Source: Candidatus Dwaynesavagella gallinarum (GTDB lineage Bacteria > Bacillota > Clostridia > Clostridiales > Clostridiaceae). Taken from it: 32,000 nucleotides of DNA. This document shows, one piece after another, positions 27,376 to 32,000 of the stretch (position 1 is the first letter of the stretch; the number at the start of each line of letters is the position of its first letter). Below the pieces are notes generated by a model. The model made no database searches. It was given only the letters and a program-made list of their open reading frames with translations, and was not told the DNA's origin. The stretch spans positions 5,659 to 37,658 of the forward strand of contig DWVN01000145.1 in assembly GCA_019120235.1 (NCBI GenBank). Direction: 5' to 3'. Made by a program: the position numbers and the translations under genes.

Positions 27376-28338
27376 TCATTCTTCAACTTTACTAACTTTA
27401 ACTTTTACTGTAACAGATTTCCTGTTATCTACAGTCTCTATACCATTTGAAATTTTTAATGGGACTTCTAATATAGAATTTTCCTCTATCTTAGATAAAT
27501 CAACACTTTCAGAAGAAATTTTATAAATATTTGATATTACATCCTCAGCTCCAATTATTTTTATTTCCTTAGGTATAATGTCAATACTTTCAAGCTTTAA
27601 TCCTTCTTGCAAATTATTTACAAAAGGAACATCCACCTCTACATCTTTCATAGCTCTAACCATAATATACATCTCAACAACGTCAGGATAAACATCTAAA
27701 AATTCATTTATTTCTTTTCCATCTTTATCTAAAAATTTAACTTTTAAACTCTGATAAGTATCCTGTTTTAAATCTTCAAACTTAGCATTAACAACAGCTT
27801 TATCAACTTCATTTACAAATTTTGATGCTCCCGAAACTATAACATATTCAGGAGTGATTATAGGTTCAAAAGAATAAAACCCCTCAGTATTATGTTTTTC
27901 AATAACCTTGTCAACAGATACTCTTTTTTCTACAAACTCATCTATTAAAATTTTAATATCTAAATCATTAGGTTTTGTTATTGAAATATTAGAAGGTATA
28001 CTTCGTATATAGCTTCTTACTACATTTTCTCCCTTCTCAATCTCATACAAGCTTAAATCTAAAAATATTTCAAAATTTTCTGCCTTCAAATTATATATAT
28101 CTGATGCATTCCCCTCAACAGTTAAATTAACTGTAAACTTTTGATCAGGTAATACAATTAATCCATTTTTTTTCAAACTTAAACTATTTATAATATTTAC
28201 AGGTATATTATAAATCTTAGTTGTAATCATAGGATCTAAAGTTATAAATATATAAATCCAAAGCATAAACGATACTATTAAACACAATATCTTTACATTT
28301 ATGAATTGTGCTTTATTCTTATTTTTTTTCTTATCCAA
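27376..28338 (-). CDS. cdaR: CdaA regulatory protein CdaR (YbbR-domain repeats, N-terminal membrane anchor)
   Basis: N-terminal TM helix (ILCLIVSFMLWIYIFI) followed by repeated beta-rich YbbR-like modules. It sits immediately downstream of and overlapping cdaA, as in the canonical arrangement. TTG start. Confidence 0.8.
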   Translation of the reverse strand: MDKKKNKNKAQFINVKILCLIVSFMLWIYIFITLDPMITTKIYNIPVNIINSLSLKKNGLIVLPDQKFTVNLTVEGNASDIYNLKAENFEIFLDLSLYEIEKGENVVRSYIRSIPSNISITKPNDLDIKILIDEFVEKRVSVDKVIEKHNTEGFYSFEPIITPEYVIVSGASKFVNEVDKAVVNAKFEDLKQDTYQSLKVKFLDKDGKEINEFLDVYPDVVEMYIMVRAMKDVEVDVPFVNNLQEGLKLESIDIIPKEIKIIGAEDVISNIYKISSESVDLSKIEENSILEVPLKISNGIETVDNRKSVTVKVKVSKVEE

Positions 28339-29156
28339 CCTTTTACCCTGCCTTTAAAAGATGCTGATTTTAAATTATTATATACAAACATCCTACTAAG
28401 TAAGGAATTTAATTTTTCAAAATCATAGTTTCTCGTCATTTTACCATTTACAACTAGAGATATTATTCCACTCTCTTCAGAAACAACAATAACCGCAGCA
28501 TCACTAATCTCTGATATTCCAAGAGCTGCCCTATGTCTTGTTCCTAAACTTTTATCAATATTTTGATAACTAAGAGGAAGAAAACATCCTGCAGCTTCTA
28601 TTAAACCCTCTCTTATAATAATAGCCCCATCATGTAAAGGACTGTTAGGAAAAAATATTGTTTCTATAACCTCAGAACTAATTTTAGAATTTAATTTAGT
28701 ACCACTTTCAACAATATCTGCTAGTTTTGTATTTCTCTCTATCACAATTAACGCTCCAACATTTTTGCTAGACATATTTGCAATTCCTTTGCAAATCTCA
28801 ACAATAAAATCATTTTTAACGTAACTATTATAATATTTATTATGTATATCTGAAAAAGCACTTCTACCTAAATGTTCAAGTGCTTTACGTATTTCTGGTT
28901 GAAACAAAATAACAATAGTTAAAACACCTATAGTTAAAGTATTTTTTAAAATAGTATAAACCATAGTTAAATTTAAAAGGTAACTAATAGGTATTAAAAC
29001 TAATATAAATAAAATCCCTCTTAATAATTGTTCAGCTCTAGTTTCTTTTATAAGCATATAAGCCTTATATAAAGCATACGCAACTATCGATATATCTAGT
29101 AAATCAAATACATTTATATTTTTAATTGTATTTAAAACAATATTTAAAAACTCCAA
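28299..29156 (-). CDS. cdaA: Membrane-bound diadenylate cyclase CdaA (c-di-AMP synthase)
   Basis: Three N-terminal TM helices, then the DAC domain: GALIVIER, PLHDGAIIIR, GTRHRAALGISE..DAAVIVVSEESG. TTG start after AGAGGT. Confidence 0.93.
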   Translation of the reverse strand: MEFLNIVLNTIKNINVFDLLDISIVAYALYKAYMLIKETRAEQLLRGILFILVLIPISYLLNLTMVYTILKNTLTIGVLTIVILFQPEIRKALEHLGRSAFSDIHNKYYNSYVKNDFIVEICKGIANMSSKNVGALIVIERNTKLADIVESGTKLNSKISSEVIETIFFPNSPLHDGAIIIREGLIEAAGCFLPLSYQNIDKSLGTRHRAALGISEISDAAVIVVSEESGIISLVVNGKMTRNYDFEKLNSLLSRMFVYNNLKSASFKGRVKGWIRKKIRIKHNS

Positions 29157-29247
29157 TTATCTACCTCTTTTTTTTCTTTTTTAAAGAATTTATTAACTAA
29201 CTCAATAATATAATAAACTAAATGATTTTTAAAGGGGCGAAAATATT

Positions 29248-30210
29248 TTGCATATTAAAAAAAATTTATTTAAAATAATATCAATATTTTTATTTATTAT
29301 TTTCTTCAGTATTTGCTGTTTTATAACATATTTAATTATAAATAAAGAACATAATCCAAACTATAAATTAGATTCATATATTTCACACCTAAATAACATA
29401 TATAAAATCTTAGATGACGATTTATATTCTAAAGAAAATATATCAAAATCTTTAGAAAACATATACATATTACAAGAATCTAAAAAAAATATTAACACTT
29501 CTCTGAAAGTTCATGAAACTAAAACCTTCAATCACTTAATAAATTCATCAGAGCTATACATAAAACAAATATCAAATCTACAATCAGACACTGAAAATAT
29601 AAATGAAAACATCGTTGCTCTTAAAAACCATTTTGATCAAATAATCCTAAGTTTAAAATCCCTACCAGCTAATTCAAATATTTTAACAGAAACCATAAAT
29701 ACAATTTCAAATGTTCAAGATGCTTATGAAAATAATTTTTACTCAGAAAAAATAAACTCCATATCAACCTTAAGCTTAAATAAATTTATAAGTGAAGTAA
29801 ACTCCATTATGTATGAATTTCTTCCTTTAATAGAAAACATTGATGAAAAATTAAAAAAAGCTAGAGATAACAAATATGACTATCAATTAATTTTAAATAC
29901 ATTAGAAAAAAATTTAAACGTTTTAAAAAATTTAAAATCTAAACTTTCAAAACTTCCAATACCTCAAGAAGGTTTATCTATATATCATGAAATTGAAGAA
30001 ATTTTAGATCTTTATGATGAATACAATACAAAATTAAAATATTCTATTAAAAATGAACATTTATCAGAAGCAAATGAATTAACAGATGAAAATCTGCAAA
30101 AAATGTATGAGCAAACAGAATTTGTTTATTCAAAAATTTTAAATAAATACAATACTTTAAAACATAAAATAGATTCTAAAGTAAGTATTTCAAATTCTTT
30201 GTACAACTAA
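29248..30210 (+). CDS. Hypothetical membrane-anchored helical protein (N-terminal TM, Asn/Lys/Ile-rich ectodomain)
   Basis: TTG start 10 nt after AAAGGGG. TM helix IISIFLFIIFFSICCFITYLII. The rest has coiled-coil-like composition. No motif I recognise. Confidence 0.6.
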   Translation: MHIKKNLFKIISIFLFIIFFSICCFITYLIINKEHNPNYKLDSYISHLNNIYKILDDDLYSKENISKSLENIYILQESKKNINTSLKVHETKTFNHLINSSELYIKQISNLQSDTENINENIVALKNHFDQIILSLKSLPANSNILTETINTISNVQDAYENNFYSEKINSISTLSLNKFISEVNSIMYEFLPLIENIDEKLKKARDNKYDYQLILNTLEKNLNVLKNLKSKLSKLPIPQEGLSIYHEIEEILDLYDEYNTKLKYSIKNEHLSEANELTDENLQKMYEQTEFVYSKILNKYNTLKHKIDSKVSISNSLYN

Positions 30211-30281
30211 ACTAATATTTTTTAAATAACTGCACAAACTAAAGAGTAACTAATTATACCTTTAAATTTACGGAGGTATTT

Positions 30282-30989
30282 ATGAAAAAACTTAAAAATT
30301 TAGCATTGAGCCTATCAATAGGTGCTTTAACAACAACTCTTCCGTATATAACTTACAGTGCTCAAGCATTACCAATAAATGATGTAAAAGAAAGAGAAAT
30401 AAAAGCACCTTTAAATATATTTAATATTGAAAATAAAAATACAAAAAGAAATCAAAAAGAAGAAATGGCTGAAGTTTTAGTTAATTTATACAACAAATAT
30501 AATCACATTTTTAAAAAAGGTTTGGAAATAAATGATATTAAAAATTCTAATTTGTATTTTAATATAACAAAACAAAAATCTGAAATTAAAGATTTAATAA
30601 ATGACATAGTAAACTATCCTTATTCTGTTGTTAATTCTAAAATAGAGCAAAAATTTCTTAAATCAAACATACTTTTTTGCTACTTAACAAATCAATATAT
30701 TCAAACTGAAAATTTAAATAATATTTTAAACGCTAACAATATAGATGAAGTTAAAGAGGAATTAAAAAATATATCAGAAATAATTAATTATTCGGTACTT
30801 GCTCTAGAAAATTCTGAAGGAAACTATTCAAATATAGATTTAAATGAAAAAGTTTCACAGCTAAATAGTATAGTAAGTAACATTAATGATGTAGAATCTC
30901 TTAAATCAAATTTCTTAATGCTTAATCAAACCTTAAATGAAATTCATTTAGAAATAAATTCAACCTTAAGTGAATACATTCATATATAA
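30282..30989 (+). CDS. Hypothetical secreted helical protein (Sec signal peptide)
   Basis: SD GGAGG. MKKLKNLALSLSIGALTTTLPYITYSAQA|LP looks like a signal peptide with an AxA cleavage site. No lipobox Cys. No motif I recognise. Confidence 0.6.
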   Translation: MKKLKNLALSLSIGALTTTLPYITYSAQALPINDVKEREIKAPLNIFNIENKNTKRNQKEEMAEVLVNLYNKYNHIFKKGLEINDIKNSNLYFNITKQKSEIKDLINDIVNYPYSVVNSKIEQKFLKSNILFCYLTNQYIQTENLNNILNANNIDEVKEELKNISEIINYSVLALENSEGNYSNIDLNEKVSQLNSIVSNINDVESLKSNFLMLNQTLNEIHLEINSTLSEYIHI

Positions 30990-30991
30990 AA

Positions 30992-31017
30992 AAGATGCTA
31001 GAAAACTCTAGCATCTT
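30992..31017. terminator. Bidirectional terminator (hypothetical pair versus trxA)
   Basis: AAGATGCTAG (30992-31001) pairs with CTAGCATCTT (31008-31017), flanked by A-run and T-run. Confidence 0.8.
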
Positions 31018-31021
31018 TTCT

Positions 31022-31330
31022 TTACTTATTTTTATTTACAAACTCAACTAAATCTCTTTTTTGCATAACACCAACAAATCTATCACAAACTTCACCATCT
31101 TTAAATAAAATTACTGTTGGTATACTCATAACTTTATATTTTCTAGAAATTGTACTTTCATCAACGTTTATTTTAACGCATTTTACATCACTATTCTCAT
31201 TTGAAAACTCTTCAAATATAGGTCCAAACGATTTACAAGGTCCACACCAATCAGCATAAAAATCTATAACCACAAGTCCCTTAAAATCTAATACTTCCTC
31301 TTGAAAATTTGCATCATTAACATTAATCAT
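31022..31330 (-). CDS. trxA: Thioredoxin
   Basis: WCGPC active site (FYADWCGPCKSF). I prefer ATG 31330 (MINVNDANF...), 11 nt after AAGGAG, over the track's GTG 31342, which abuts the SD. Confidence 0.93.
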   Translation of the reverse strand: MINVNDANFQEEVLDFKGLVVIDFYADWCGPCKSFGPIFEEFSNENSDVKCVKINVDESTISRKYKVMSIPTVILFKDGEVCDRFVGVMQKRDLVEFVNKNK

Positions 31331-31338
31331 AAACTTAA

Positions 31339-32000
31339 TCACTCCTTAATAAAAGTTTCATTTACTAATAATTTACCATTATAAACCATTTTCTTACCTT
31401 TTGAAAACACATATTTTATTTCAAAATCTTGCTTATCTACAAGAATTACATCTGCATCTTTATGTTTCTTTATTTCTCCCTTATGTTTAAGTCCTAATAT
31501 ATCTGCAACATTTTTAGTTACAAGAGATATTATATGACTTTTTGAGATTTTAGAATTATTTAATAATTCTCTTATTTCATTATATAAAGAATTTGGTTTT
31601 CCAATTCCAATTCCAACAAAATTACCATTACCATCTACAATAGGTAAACTCCCTTGAGAATCTGAAGAACAAGTAATATGACTTATATCTACACCTTTTG
31701 ATAAAATTTCAGGAATAATTTTACTTATACGTAAATTTTCCTCTTCTTCTATACCTTTAACATAGCTACTTGTTAAATCAAAATATCCACCCTTCTTACC
31801 ATATTCAATAGCAGAATCTAAAAGTTTTCTATTTCTATTTACATGAGTAGGAATAATTTGAGATAAGTTTATATCTTTATTTACACAAATATCAAATAAA
31901 TATTTAAGCCCTTCATTAGAATCACCTATATGAATGTGTACAATTCCTATTTTATTAGATAAAATTCCACCAACTTTTGCCTCATGAATAATTTTTATAA
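31339..32000 (-). CDS. iadA: Isoaspartyl dipeptidase (amidohydrolase superfamily), C-terminal ~220 codons (5' end off window)
   Basis: Reverse translation reads ...VHIHIGDSNEGLKYLFDICVNKDINLSQIIPTHVNRNRKLLDSAIEYGKKGGYFDLTSS...SSDSQGSLP...GEIKKHKDADVILVD...*. This is colinear with E. coli IadA as I recall it (FHMGDS...PTHVNRN...GGTIDITSS...SSDGNGS). The TGA stop is at 31339-31341. Confidence 0.8.
   Translation of the reverse strand, partial: IKIIHEAKVGGILSNKIGIVHIHIGDSNEGLKYLFDICVNKDINLSQIIPTHVNRNRKLLDSAIEYGKKGGYFDLTSSYVKGIEEEENLRISKIIPEILSKGVDISHITCSSDSQGSLPIVDGNGNFVGIGIGKPNSLYNEIRELLNNSKISKSHIISLVTKNVADILGLKHKGEIKKHKDADVILVDKQDFEIKYVFSKGKKMVYNGKLLVNETFIKE

Noticed and set aside
1151-29156. 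Three nucleotide second-messenger synthases (GGDEF cyclase, RelQ, CdaA) in one 32-kb window could form a linked signalling system.
   Set aside because: They lie in separate transcription units, with CdaA 25 kb from the other two. Each is a common single-copy or multi-copy housekeeping function in Firmicutes. Co-occurrence at this distance carries no evidential weight.
1142-31342. ORF-track start codons at 1142 (GTG), 2282 (GTG), 17452 (TTG), 25288 (TTG) and 31342 (GTG).
   Set aside because: Each overlaps, abuts or lies upstream of the Shine-Dalgarno sequence. In-frame downstream starts with 6-12 nt spacing fit better: 1151 ATG, 2291 TTG, 17464 ATG, 25270 TTG and 31330 ATG.

Overview
Very AT-rich chromosomal segment that looks like a Clostridia-type spore-forming Firmicute. 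Hand counts on three 60-nt lines gave about 18% GC in the giant gene and 32% and 47% in adhE. The backbone is housekeeping. I support 27 protein-coding regions: two run off the window edges (trpS, iadA) and three are short ORFs missing from the supplied track. I recognise no rRNA, tRNA, CRISPR array, transposase, integrase or phage gene. TTG and GTG starts are common, and several track ORFs are better started at a downstream codon with a real Shine-Dalgarno (SD). All five convergent gene junctions share one bidirectional hairpin terminator. Best leads: (1) an uninterrupted 8.26-kb ORF (2752 aa) with cyclic beta-1,2-glucan synthase architecture, no linked exporter, and a C-terminal GH94-like module that appears to lack the phosphorylase motifs; (2) a 211-aa methyltransferase resembling the KamB/NpmA 16S rRNA m1A1408 aminoglycoside-resistance family, sitting behind a hairpin next to an AbgT transporter; (3) the normally contiguous c-di-AMP unit cdaA-cdaR-glmM split by a tightly coupled four-subunit 2-oxoacid:ferredoxin oxidoreductase; (4) a metallophosphoesterase-relQ bicistron; (5) dpaA without dpaB; (6) tandem Rex-like operators on the adhE promoter; (7) tyrS and trpS without T-box leaders. 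I see no clear novel multi-gene system such as a defence island. The functional claims are hypotheses that need HMM or structure searches.
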